Origin: Octopus vulgaris
Taxonomy: Eukaryota
Assembly (NCBI GenBank): GCA_951406725.2
Contig: OX597814.1
Span: 214,520,001-214,584,000 of the forward strand
DNA length: 64,000 bases
Direction of reading: 5' to 3'
Below are positions 13,594 through 27,700 of the stretch, one piece after another. Position numbers and translations under genes: made by a program. The notes under the pieces are model-generated. The model was not told the DNA's origin. It saw only the letters and a list, made by a program, of their open reading frames with translations, and did not search any database. Every line of letters begins with the position of its first letter. Within the stretch, counting starts at the first letter, position 1.

Positions 13594-14244
13594 ATATTAC
13601 TTGATCCAAAAAACACAGAATTTCAAATTTGAACGCTTTAGTTTTGTTTCTTTTACTCCTGTGTTAAAATCTTTGTTGAAGCTCACTTTGCCTTTTGGTC
13701 ACCTGGGTTTCATAAACGGAAAGTAAGAAACTAGAACTGATTAAGTTAACTAAGTCTGTTTATCTATCCTTCATAAACATGATTATTATAAATGTTTATT
13801 TATGGTCCCTATTTTTCTTAGCTGTGGGAAGCTGTCTATTTATAGGTCTAAGGAAAAACATGTTGCTAATCCTCTCTCAATCTTGTGCTATCTTGGTAGT
13901 GAGGACCTATATCTTCTGATCTGTCCTAACCACACCTTTCTGCTTTCCTCTTTACATCTTTTATTGATATAACAGGTGCTTCTTGCAAATGCATTGGCTA
14001 GATCCATCAATGTCAGTCGTTTGTTTGCCCTTTTGCATATCCAGTGAATCATTTTCTGTAGGTTTTTTTCAGTCAGTACTTATGTCTCAATACCTTGCTT
14101 TTTCACACTTCTTACACAAGCTACAAACAGATGGTTTCTTACAAGAACATAGACCCTTTATTGCTCGCAAATAGCACTTTGAACTTCACTTTTTTTTTTT
14201 TGCTCTGGTAACTACTTTTTCACTGTAGCATTAATTATGACAAA

Positions 14245-14288
<44 letters not shown>

Positions 14289-14299
14289 TATATAGAAGG

Positions 14300-14350
14300 A
14301 GCTTCTACAGGACTAGAACTGTTTCATTCAAGAGAAATCTTCAGGAAGCT
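14300..14350 (-). ncRNA. type I hammerhead ribozyme fold (inverted copy)
   Basis: Exact reverse complement of 14818-14868. Confidence 0.7.
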
Positions 14351-14817
14351 AGTTAACAAGAATTGTATTGGCATTTATACATTTAGGCAGGTTTAAAGGG
14401 GTGGTGGTGGGGGACTTTTTGGGGGTAGGCATAGCGCAAAAAAAAAATCATACTTGGGGGAGTGGTCAAGGAGTCAGTGGTAAATTAGATAGAAGAATAA
14501 ATAAAAGAATAAAAAAATATATAGAGGAATAGAGTTTTAGTGTATGTGTGTGTGTGTGGGTATATATGTATACATATGTGTATAGGTATAAGTGAGATTT
14601 TCCTTATTTACCTAAAACTCTATTCCTCTATATATTTTTTTATTCCCCCTTTTTTTATTCTTTTATTTATTCTTCTATCTAATTTACCACTGACTCCTTG
14701 ACCACTCCCCCAAGTATGATTTTTTTTTTTGCGCTATGCCTACCCCCAAAAAGTCCCCCACCACCACCCCTTTAAACCTGCCTAAATGTATAAATGCCAA
14801 TACAATTCTTGTTAACT

Positions 14818-14868
14818 AGCTTCCTGAAGATTTCTCTTGAATGAAACAGTTCTAGTCCTGTAGAAGCT
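14818..14868 (+). ncRNA. type I hammerhead ribozyme fold
   Basis: AGCTTC-CTGAAGA-tTTCtcttGAAt-GAAA-CAG-ttctagtc-CTG-TA-GAAGCT: stem I 6 bp, conserved core, stem III, GUA triplet. Confidence 0.7.
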
Positions 14869-14951
14869 CCTTCTATATAATAAATTAATTTTACTCTGCT
14901 ATGTATTGAGTACCTTATTTACTGTGGTTAACCCCGAATCAACCCGGGACC

Positions 14952-15013
<62 letters not shown>

Positions 15014-15299
15014 TTATATATATATATTTTATATATATATTATATTGTGTGAAATTTGATTTAGTATTTCTAAATTGAATTTTTTTCCCTGTAAGTTTGG
15101 GTTTATATTCCCTCGAATAATAATGTATATATATATATATCATCATCATCATCATTTAGCGTCCGTTTTCCATGCTAGCATGGGTTGGACGGTTCAACTG
15201 GGGTCTGGGGAGCCCGAAGGCTGCACCAGGCCAGTCAGATCTGGCAGTGTTTCTACAGCTGGATGCCCTTCCTAACGCCAACCACTCCGAGAGTGTAGT

Positions 15300-17720
15300 G
15301 GGTGATTTTATGTGCCACCGACACAGGTGCCAGACGAGGCTGGCGAACGGCCACGCTCGGATGGTGTTTTTATGTGCCACCGACACAGGTGCCAGACGAG
15401 GCTGGCAGACGGCCACGCTCGGATGGTGTTTTTATGTGCCACCGACACAGGTGCCAGATGAGGCTGGCGGACGGCCACGATCGGATGGTGTTTGTTACGT
15501 CCCCAAAGCACGGAGGCCAGTCTATGCGGTACTGGCTACGGCCACGTTCGGATGATTTTCTTGTGTGCCACCGGCACTGGTACCACAAAGATACAAATTC
15601 CATTGATGTTCATCTATTTTGATTTGTTTTGATTTGATTTGATTTTCACTTGCCTCAACAGGTCTTCACAAGTGTCACAAGAAGGAAGGTATGCACAGGT
15701 GGACTGACTACGTCCCAGGTAGGGGCCACGGGTTATGGCCTGACTAGTCTTGCCGGGTCTTCGGATGGTGTTTTTATGTGCCACCGACACAGGTGCCAGA
15801 TGAGGCTGGCGAACGGCCACGATCGGATGGTGTTTGTTGCGTGCCCACAGCACGGAGGCCAGTCGATTCGGTACTGGCTACGGCCACGTTCGGATGGTTT
15901 TCTTGTGTGCCACCGGCACTGGTTTCACAAGATACAAATTCCATTGATGTTCATCTATTTTGATTTGATTTGATTTGATTTTCACTTGCCTCAACAGGTC
16001 TTCACAGGTCTTCACAAGTGTCACAAGAAGGAAGGAAGGTATGCACAGGTGGACTGACTACGTCCCAAGTAGGGGCCATGGGTTATGGCCTGACTAGTCT
16101 TGCCGGGTCTTCGGTTGGTGTTTTTATGTGCCACCGACACAGGTGCCAGATGAGGCTGGCGGACGGCCACGATCGGATGGTGTTATGTGCCCACATCACA
16201 GAGGCCAGTCGATGCGGTACTGGCTACGGCCACGTTCGGATGGTTTTCTTGTGTGCCACCGGTACTGGTACCACAAAGATACAAATTCCATTGATGTTCA
16301 TCTATTTTGATTTGGTTTGATTTGATTTGATTTGATTTTGATTTTCACTTGCCTCAACAGGTCTTCACAAGTGTCATAAGTAGGAAGGTATGCACAGGTG
16401 GACTGACTACGTCGCCGGGTCTTCGGATGGTGTTTTTATGTGCCACCGACACAGGTGCCAGATGAGGCTGGCGAACGGCCACGATCGGATGGTTTTCTTG
16501 TGTGCCACCGGTACTGGAACCACAAAGATACAAATTCCATTGATGTTCATCTATTTTGATTTGGTTTGATTTTCACTTGCCTCAACAGGTCTTCACAAGT
16601 TTGGTTTGATTTTCACTTGCCTCAACAGGTCTTCACAAGTGTCACACGTGTCACACACTTGCCTCAACACGTCTCCACAAGTGTCACACACTTGCCTCTG
16701 CCTCCACTTGCCTCAACAGGTCTTCACAAGTGTCACACGTGTCACACACTTGCCTCAACACGTCTCCACAAGTGTCACACACTTGCCTCTGCCTCAACAG
16801 GTCTTCACAAAGTGTCACACACTTGCCTCTGCCTCAACAGGTCTTCACAAGTGTCACACACTTGCCTCAACAGGTCTTCACAAGTGTCATAAGAGGGAAG
16901 GTATGCACAGGTGGACTGACTACGTCGCCGGGTCTTCGGATGGTGTTTTTATGTGCCACCGACACAGGTGCCAGATGAGGCTGGCGAACGGCCACGATCA
17001 GATGGTGTTTGTTGTGCCCACAGCACGGAGGCCAGTCGATGCGGTACTGGCTACGGCCACGTTCGAATGGTTTTCTTGTGTGCCACCGGTACTGGAACCA
17101 CAAAGATACAAATTCCATTGATGTTCATCTATTTTGATTTGGTTTGATTTGATTTTTGATTTTCACTTGCCTCAACAGGTCTTCACAAGGGTCACACACT
17201 TGCCTCAACAGGTCTCCACAAGTGTCACACACTTGCCTCTGCCTCAACAGGTCTTCACAAGTGTCACACACTTGCCTCAACAGGTCTTCACAAGTGTCAC
17301 ACACTTGCCTCAACAGGTCTTCACAAGTGTCATAAGAGGGAAGGTATGCACAGGTGGACTGACTACGTCGCCGGGTCTTCGGATGGTGTCTTTATGTGCC
17401 ACCGACACAGGTGCCAGATGAGGCTGGCGAACGGCCACGATCGGATGGTGTTTGTTCTGCCCACAGCACGGAGGCCAGTCGATGCGGCACTGGCTACAGC
17501 CACGTTTGGGTGGTTTTCTTGTGTGCCACCGGCACTGGTACCACAAAGAATACAATTCCACTGATGTTCATCTATTTTGATTTGTTTTGATTTGATTTGA
17601 TTTTCACTTGCCTCAACAGGTCTTCATAAGTGTCACAAGAAGGAAGGTATGCACAGGAGGACTGACTACGTCCCAGGTAGGGGCCACGGGTTATGGCCTG
17701 ACTAGTCTTGCCGGGTCTTC
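15300..17720. repeat. nested tandem array derived from the LINE 3' UTR (about six 330-590 bp units with about 62-bp and about 30-bp subrepeats)
   Basis: Recurrent CACTTGCCTCAACAGGTCTTCACAAGTGTCA and TGCCACCGACACAGGTGCCAGATGAGGCTGGCG blocks. Confidence 0.92.
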
Positions 17721-18769
17721 TCACGCACAGCATACTTCCATAGGTCTCGGTCTCTAGACATTTCCTTAGTGAGACCTAAAGTTCGAAGGTCGTGCTTCAC
17801 CACCTCGTCCCAGGTTTTCCTGGGTCTACCTCTTCCACAGGTTCCCTCAACTGCTAGGGTGTAGCACTTTTGCACACAACTATCTTCAGCCTTTTTCGTC
17901 ACATGACCATACCAGCGCAGCCGTCTCTCTTGCACACCACAACTGACGCTTCTTAGGTTCAACTTTTCTCTCAAGGAACTTACACTCTGACGATTATGAA
18001 CACTGACATTACACATCCATCGGAGCATACTGGCTTCATTTCTTGCGAGCTTACGCATATCCTCAGCAGTCACGGCCCATGTTTCACTACCATGTAGCAT
18101 GGCTGTACGTACACATGCATCATACAGTCTGCCTTTTACTCTGAGCGAGAGGCCTTTTGTCACCAGCAGGGGTAAGAGCTCTCTAAACTTTGCCCAGGCT
18201 ATTCTTACTCTAGCAGTTACACTTTCAGCACACCCACCCCCGCTACTGACTTGGTCTCCTAGGTAGCGGAAGCTATCAACTACTTCTAGTTTGTCTCCCT
18301 GGAACGTGGCAGAAGTTGGTCTCTGCACATTTCCAGTGTTTATTGCTCCTGAGCATTTGCCACAGACAAAAACTATTTTCCTAGTTAGCCTTCCTTTGAC
18401 ATTGCTGCACCTCTTATGTGTCCATAGCTTACACTTGGTGCATCTTATAGAGTTTCTACCTACACCTTTTTTACAGATCGAGCAGGGCCATCTACCTGAA
18501 GGCGTTTGTGATTGATCTACCTTCCTACTTATTAGGACTTTGGTTTTGGCTAGGTTGATTCTAAGGCCCTTCGATTCTAATCCTTGTTTCCACACCTGAA
18601 ACTTCTCCTCCAGTTCTGATAGTGACTCAGCAATTAGAGCAAGGTCGTCAGCATAGAGGAGCTCCCAGGGGCAACCTGTCTTGAATTCCTCCGTTATTGC
18701 CTGGAGGACTATGATAAATAGGAGGGGACTGAGGACTGAACCTTGGTGGACCCCAACCTCTACCCGGAA
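17702..18769 (-). pseudogene. RTE-like reverse transcriptase, C-terminal portion with internal PHD-type finger (open frame, 5' truncated)
   Basis: GVHQGSVLSPLLF, LLYADDL, KTK, CxxC..CxxC..HxxC..CxxC, FRYLG, YGSETW-like HGSETW, RRLRWYGHV, GRGRPRKTW. The N-terminus in the ORF track is only (TA)n read-through. Confidence 0.92.
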
Positions 18770-18806
18770 TATACACATACATACACACACACACATATAT
18801 AATATA

Positions 18807-18856
<50 letters not shown>

Positions 18857-18859
<3 letters not shown>

Positions 18860-19087
18860 TAGTTTCAGCTCAGAGCTGCGGCCAAGCTGATGCACTACCG
18901 TTTTGTGCTACACTGTTATTACTTAGAGCCTCCTCTAATATGTGGCACTTGATGAAGAATGGAGTTTGATATAGCTACCTTCATTTGCACCTCTTGCCTT
19001 GAGGTAGGCTCATCTGGTACTCTCGACAGGAAGAGGTCCAGCTTTGATTTAAAAACCCCTACATCTACTTTGTGCAAGTTCCTCACC
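18857..19087 (-). mobile_element. 3' end of a second LINE family (CR1/L2/Jockey-group-like C-terminus)
   Basis: Minus frame VRNLHKVDVGVFKSKLDLFLSRVPDEPTSRQEVQMKVAISNSILHQVPHIRGGSK* (stop at 18919) followed by a short 3' UTR with stem-loop. Confidence 0.7.
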
Positions 19088-19516
19088 TACATATATATGT
19101 ATATATACATGCATATATGGGTACAGGACATCAAAAAACATGAAAAAACATGGAAAACAAGAAATATAAAAACAACAAAAATATACACCTATACATACAT
19201 AAATACACATATGCATATATATACATATATACATACGTGCAAATATATTTACTACTATATGTTTTTTAACTTGCTATTCTGTGTCTGTTTTTCGTTTGTG
19301 TATTTAATATATGGTTTTTAACTTTTAAGAGCACATGTTTTTGAAAAGGTTAATTAAAAGTGCTCAGACACAGTAGGAAAAAGACCTCTTCCAAAAAGGT
19401 TATTAAAATCCCGATAAAAGATTTTATAACTTTTCTAAAAAATAATTTTAAAAGAATCCCCTTTATACTTAAAAACTGTACTAAGTAATTTTCACAAAGA
19501 CTTTCAAATATACATA

Positions 19517-21532
<2,016 letters not shown>

Positions 21533-21546
21533 TATATATATATATA

Positions 21547-22089
21547 CAGTTCAAATTTACAAAAAACAAAAGATGAAGACGGGTGAAGGAACAACAAGAA
21601 GGTGTATTAGTTTAACACTTGGGAAGAATGGAAAAGTTTTTGATGTTTCGAACCTATGCTCTTCGACAGAAAGGATTGAGAGAAAAAAAAAATAGAGAGA
21701 GAAAAAAATGTGTAGGGATTAATGGTTCAATATGATGAAATGGCTGGAAAAAAGAGGCTGGTTGTTTAGTGTGAGCAAGGAAATCGTGGAGAAGGTGGTT
21801 TAAGTAGAGGATGAAGTGTAAGATGGAATTAGCAATGGGCGGTATGCAGGAAAAGAATGTGGAATAAACAAGAGAGATAAGGCGGTTAAGGGTGCTTATT
21901 TTGGAGAGATTAGAACAAATGGTGGCATGCATGAGGTGGCAGGAAGTGGAGTGGAGGATGGGTAAGCTGGTAAAAGCAGAATGAGAGGTAGGGTGGAAAT
22001 GGAGGTGGAAACCTTTGGGGATGAGTTTCTGATGAAAGTAGCAATTGAGAAAGGAACTGCGACTGGAGAAATATGTTTTTTGAAAATGA

Positions 22090-22092
<3 letters not shown>
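21547..22092 (-). mobile_element. internally deleted Penelope-like element
   Basis: Minus frame FLNCYFHQKLIPKGFHLHF resembles the PLE ORF N-terminal FLxxCxxxxxIPKGF motif; degenerate hammerhead-like GAAGAG..TCGAAAC near 21645; flanked by (TA)n. Confidence 0.55.
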
Positions 22093-22139
<47 letters not shown>

Positions 22140-22927
22140 GTATGTATATACGCCATGGGTTTTGCAGTAAATCACTAAATCATCCATAACTTTTGTATTA
22201 TCCTCTCAAATTACACCACAATCTCAGACAATAACAATTAATATTGTATTTATTGTATGTGAAAATTATAGAATATAAAACAACTTTGATAAAAACTTAT
22301 ACCTACTTTTCTGGCGAAAACAATGCCATTCTAAACATTTTGACTGCAACTGTATATATATATATATATATATATTCATATGCACATATACATATACATA
22401 CATGAATACATACATTCATTTATACATACACACACACACACCACATTAATTTATTATAACAAACATATTACTCACTTGATAGCTGTCAAAATGTAACATT
22501 GTTTGTTCTTGAGTACATCTAGGTATTTTAAAATTTCATTTGTTCACTAGATAATGAATTTTCTGTCTTGTCTCTGAATGTTCTGTTTTATAACTCATGC
22601 TCTTGTAATATTTGTATGTAGGTCTCCTTTTTCATATCTTAATATAGTGGATATTGCATAATGACATATAAATTATTTAAATTCGTGATAAAACCACCTG
22701 GTTGTAAGGAATTTAATTATTAATATTTGAAAATGCCAATGATTTTAAGAAGGAAGCAGTGTAGCTGCTTGACAATAGAGATGATTAACTGAAACTATAA
22801 ACAGTACAGGGCTCATAAAATTTGATGAATTTTTAAGAAGAATGGTTGAGTATATTTAAATCTTTTAGTTACTTATTTTCATGTAAAGTTGCATGAAATT
22901 CAGTATTTGAGAGAAATATATATTTAA

Positions 22928-23148
22928 CCCTTTTGTTACCAACCTGGCTGAAACCTGCTCTGGCTTTGTAGTACAAATGTCTTGTTTTCATAAGTTTTGA
23001 ATTAAAATCTTCCACCAAACCTTAGTCATGATTTATGTTCCTAACACTAGCTTAATGATAACGAAGTTATTTTACTAAATTCTTTGTTATATTTAAAGTA
23101 ATTGAAAGAAACACAGAGCACCTCAAAAGAAATACAGTAACAAAAGGG
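22928..23148. mobile_element. piggyBac-like MITE
   Basis: TTAA|CCCTTTTGTTAC...GTAACAAAAGGG|TTAA; related copies at 43244, 49094 and 50529. Confidence 0.85.
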
Positions 23149-23562
23149 TTAAGAGAAAGTACCCCAAGGAAAAATTATAACTGATTATAATTTACACCAT
23201 AGGGATGGAAATAAAGCAAAATGTGGATTCAGTATTTTGAATGAGGTCTTGACACATTCAGAAATTCAAAATCACAAATCTGTTCTATTAACAGCTAAAA
23301 AACTAAATGAAAGAGGTAACTAGTTAAGATATAATCATTGAAAGTTATTGCTGATCAAGTTGATTAAGCATATAAGAATGGTAAATAATTCAGAGATGAT
23401 TTTAAACAAGACATGATCTAGTTGTTGATTAATTACTGAGTATATTTCAAATATGTTTTACTCATGTCAGAGAACTGAGAATTTAAACCAACCTATGCAA
23501 CATTCAACCAGGAATGTAGCAATAAACTGATAATGAAAGTTTCACAGTTAAACAGTTTTGAT

Positions 23563-23868
23563 CAGTGGTTCTCAACCAGGGCTCACATGACCTTGGGGTT
23601 TTATGACTCTTGGGGTTTTATGACTCTTGGGGTTTTATGAATCTTGGGGATCCATAAAAAAAATTTGCTGCTAAAGCTTATGCAATAAATTGGTTATACT
23701 TCAACAATACACAAAATGTTTTTAATTTCTGATACATTCCTATTAGTATTTAATTATAAATATATATAGTGGGACCTTTTAAAACAACAAATGGCCATAG
23801 AAGTTCAGTAAAGTACAATAGGAATCAAAAGGGTCCATAAGTAAAAAAAAAATGGCTGAGAACCACTA
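23563..23868. mobile_element. hAT (Buster/Charlie-type) MITE
   Basis: TIR CAGTGGTTCTCAACC; 8-bp TSD GTTT(T/A)GAT; internal short tandem repeat. Confidence 0.8.
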
Positions 23869-26049
23869 GTTTAGATTTGAATTCTATTACTAAACATATC
23901 TGATGATATGTGTAGTTTCAAATTAAATTGCATCCTATTCTTTGGTTGTATCTTTCTCCCTGTAATTACCCTGTTTATATAGTTCAAAGTGCTCAGAATA
24001 TGTAATTCTCGCTGACACAAAGGAAGATCTAGTTATTGTCTAAGTAGATTTAGCAGTGGAAGTATTTTCTTGATTTTTAAACTGAAGGTTGATAGGGACA
24101 ATCTCCAACCCAGCTAGATTTATGCAAACAGTCCAATGACATGGAGGTTTTCAGTAAAACATTATGAGCAATATTTCAGTCTTGCACCCTTAACATACCT
24201 TACTTCAATCTGGTTTGGAATCGGTGTAGTGATTAGTCAACTATAGTGCATATAGTAGCTAAGAAATATAATGACTATTTATGCTTGCCTATGATCACAT
24301 ATGATCCGTACTTCTGATAGTGGCTTACAGTGGAGATACGATAGCACTGTATTTTAGAACTTAAAGCTTAATTCAAAATATTTTGTTAATGATGCATAAT
24401 TATAGTACATTCTTTCTGGGTGCAGCCTGTAATTTTGAGGACTGTAGTGAGTCACTGCCTTATCACACAGTAAAATATTCATATCATAGAAATATTGTAG
24501 AAATACAGTAAAATAAGTATATTTGAGACCTGTAGAAAGCCTTCAGAATGAGGACCATTAAATGATGGTAAACTTGTTGCAAACTTTATTTTTTGTTGAA
24601 GCATTTCATTTCATTTTTCTTTATAGTTATGACTTCTAACCATTCTTAGAAACCTGAAAAGCTGGGGCTTTCTTAGGTTATCTTGCTGTCAGTGTACTTT
24701 AGAGATGAAAGTAGATTACTTTGGTCGGGACATAACTGGTAAGAGACTTATATTTTAGAAATTTAATGACTGCTAAGTATGCCTTGAAACTAGAGAACAT
24801 ATTCAATTTTTGTGTGTATGTATATGTGGGCAAATACTTTTTAGATTAACCTTACCTTCATCTCTTATATACTGAGTTTCATTCAATTGACTAAACTTAT
24901 CTCCTGTGTTAACATAGGAGATTATCAACAGCATATGAGCATCATTCAATATCTACTGAGCTCACCTATAAGTCTGATGCCTTGTATCTTCGTAAAATGT
25001 TCTCATTATGCCACCGTTCCTTGGAAAATCCTGCAGTGTCACAATAATCTATTCCTACTCTTGAAAGGATGCTGTTTTCATGAAGAAAGAAACAGTTTTT
25101 TTATAGTATCAAGTTCACTGAATAACGAATAGGCAGAATTGATTGTACATCAGGTAAAATAACTAGTGGTATTTAAATGTATCCTTTTATGTTCTTAATC
25201 AAAATGCCGCCAAGTTCAACTTTGCTTTTTATGTGCTGAGTCAAGGTAATTATCAGTTCTTTTCTGTAATGGATAGGAAAGTTTTTCAAACTTTCATTCT
25301 GACATCCCAGGTGTGTCTGATAGAGATTACAGGAACATGACAACCAAAGGGAATTGTCTTAAAAAAAAAAACAAGAGAAGTCAGTAGTTTTGAATATTAT
25401 ATCTCTCCCTAAAGAGGAATGGTTAGAAGATTCAGGTCAAGGATAATACTGATTAATTACAAATAGGAAAAGTAAGGTTTTGAAGTAAAAGATCTCATTG
25501 GTAGACATAAATTCAAATTAACACTAGATGCTGGCTATTTTGAGAGAGAGGAGGTAAAGAACTATAACATTAATAACAGCCAGAAATTCCTAAGGAACAA
25601 CCTGCTTGGAATTCTGTTGATGGTGTTAAACTCTGACTGCAGAGAAAGAATATGGTGGTAGAATCAAGAAACAGCTTATCTATAGGAACCAATAGATATA
25701 GAAAGTATGTAAAATAGTTGAATAGTAAATAGTTGTGGAGGAAAGTGAAATATCAGGAAGCATGGTGAGAAGTAAAAAGGCAGGTTTACATAACGAGGAA
25801 AAATAACTGAGAAAAAGAGTTTGGTTAATGCTTCATTCTGTAAGGTAGAGAGGTATGAAGTATTCTGAATTACGAGGCATTCTGTTTATATGTTGCTGGG
25901 TATCATTGACACAAAATATGTCTGAAGAATATTGATTCTGAATACAGCAAAGGTAAGTAGAAAGAGGTTTAAATATATTGGAAGGAGGAATTGTTGAATG
26001 AAGAATATGAATGGTATTGTGAAAACCTACTCAAGTGGAATCAATAGAA

Positions 26050-27700
26050 CTGCCACGCAAAGGAGTAGGCTTGGCAGGAATTAAAAACAAAGGTAAGGAA
26101 GCTGCATTAAGTCCACATGAAGTAGTTGCTGAGATGTTGGCAGCATCAAGCTACATGTGTTACTATGCCACTTAATTAATCAGGTAGTGTAGGACGATGT
26201 TTATTCTCAATGACTGAGGTAGTGTAATATTCATAATCTGTTAGTAGAGTGAAGAAAGATGAATTAGAATTACAAAAGCTTCAAGTTGATGATTCAAAGT
26301 GAGAGAATAATCGTGAGTCATTTGGAAATGAGTAAAGGCTAAGATTTGTTTGGATAAGATACATTTTGAGTTTTACCAGAATGTGAAAATTTGGATGCTT
26401 TATTTCTTGTGAGACAGTTGCCAGAGATGCTGTCTATTGCAAGCTGAGCCTATTCGGGTTTTGCCAGAGAAGCTGTTGGCTAAGAAGAAACAACTTTATT
26501 TTGCATTCAATATGGAGACAGTCATTCATAGGGAGCCACATCTCTATAATTTGGTGGTCCCTGAGAAGGCTTGGTATTGATAAATGGTGGTGAGCTGGCA
26601 GAATCGTTAGCACACCGGGCGAAATGCTTAGTGGTATTTCGTCTGCTGTTACGTTCTGGGTTCAAATTCCGCCAAGGTCGACTTTGCCTTTCATCCTTTC
26701 AGGGTCGATTAAATAAGTACCAGTTACACACTGGGGTCGATATAATTGACTTAGTCCGTTTGTCTGTCCTTGTTTATCCTCTCTGTGTTTAGCCCCTTGT
26801 GGGTAGTAAAGAAATAGGTATTGATAAATGGCTTGTGAGATTAATTTAACTCATGAAGGAGTAAAGTAAATGTTGGCTGCATGCTCAAGAAAAGATTTAA
26901 TGACGTTTCCCTACTTCTCTTTGCTATTACCCCTGACCCAACAAAGGAGGAATTGGATGTTCCTAGAAACTTTTTTATGCTGATGGTAATATGTTATCAT
27001 TGCAGAAGTTTTTGATGAACTGCAGAGAAGTTTCTAAACTTAAAAAAATATTTTAAAACACAAAGGAAATATTGGTTGACATAACAAAAAAAAAAAAAGT
27101 ACTAATTTATAACAAAGAATATTGTGAATTGACCTTTGCCCTTAGTAAATATCCAGTGTGCTTTGTGAAAGCAAAAGGTATACAAAAAGTAGAGTAGGAT
27201 TTCAAGAAGACTGATATGGAACTTGGACTTTGGACGCTGAAGAGTAAGTTAGTTGTAAGGGGGTGAATAAGATGATGACTGGGAACCACTTAAATGGCTG
27301 GTTAGAAGTAGTTGATAGTTTCTGTTACCTTGGTGACCTATTCAATATTGTTAATGGTTGTGGTAAAGGTATAGAATCAAGACTAGAAGAGTGCTTCGGC
27401 ATTGTCATTTCTTTAAATAGCAAAGCGTTACTCTCTATTTGTAAAATGCATTTGCAGATAGTGTGTTGATAATGATACATGCAAAGGGCCTGTGGAAGCA
27501 AGAGAGTGATGAATAAAATATGATCCATTGAATGTAAAATGTAACTTGTGTGAGAAGCAGATCAGAAGTTTTATTAAGAGAGAAAATGGAGGTGTTACCA
27601 AGAGATCATCCGGAGGCATTGTTCAATGTATGCGATAGAAATGACTTCCCTGGTAGGAATGTGTCAAAATATTGGGCATGTCAGACGAGAAATTGCAGCG
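26050..27700 (+). pseudogene. highly decayed RTE-like LINE interrupted by SINE-A
   Basis: Residual EVVAEMLAAS, VRQL.E, LYFAF, LEVVDSFCYLGD motifs. Confidence 0.65.
26586..26816 (+). mobile_element. SINE-A (long form)
   Basis: TSD GGTATTGATAAAT (26573 and 26817). Confidence 0.9.

Larger units (their letters stand above)
14283..14955. mobile_element. Penelope-like foldback element (about 260-bp inverted arms 14283-14540 and 14612-14885) inserted in (TA)n
   Basis: Near-perfect inverted repeat; hammerhead folds in both arms; inverted pseudo-LTR arrangement is characteristic of Penelope-like elements. Confidence 0.7.
15141..18769 (-). mobile_element. young 5'-truncated RTE-like LINE with tandemly amplified 3' UTR
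   Basis: RT ORF fragment, 3' UTR, (GAT)n tail at 15141-15154, (TA)n on both flanks. Confidence 0.92.

Noticed and set aside
15450-15475. Hammerhead-like CAGATGAG..CGAAC in the RTE UTR repeats
   Set aside because: Core deviates (CAGA instead of CUGA, GAAC instead of GAAA) and there are no stems I/III; it is a simple GCCAG/CTGGC hairpin
16574-17330. CRISPR-like array of about 30-bp partially palindromic repeats
   Set aside because: No unique spacers, no cas genes, eukaryotic context; the unit is part of the LINE 3' UTR
17702-18895. 397-aa ORF as a functional gene
   Set aside because: N-terminus is (TA)n read-through; endonuclease and RT N-terminal motifs are missing (5'-truncated LINE)
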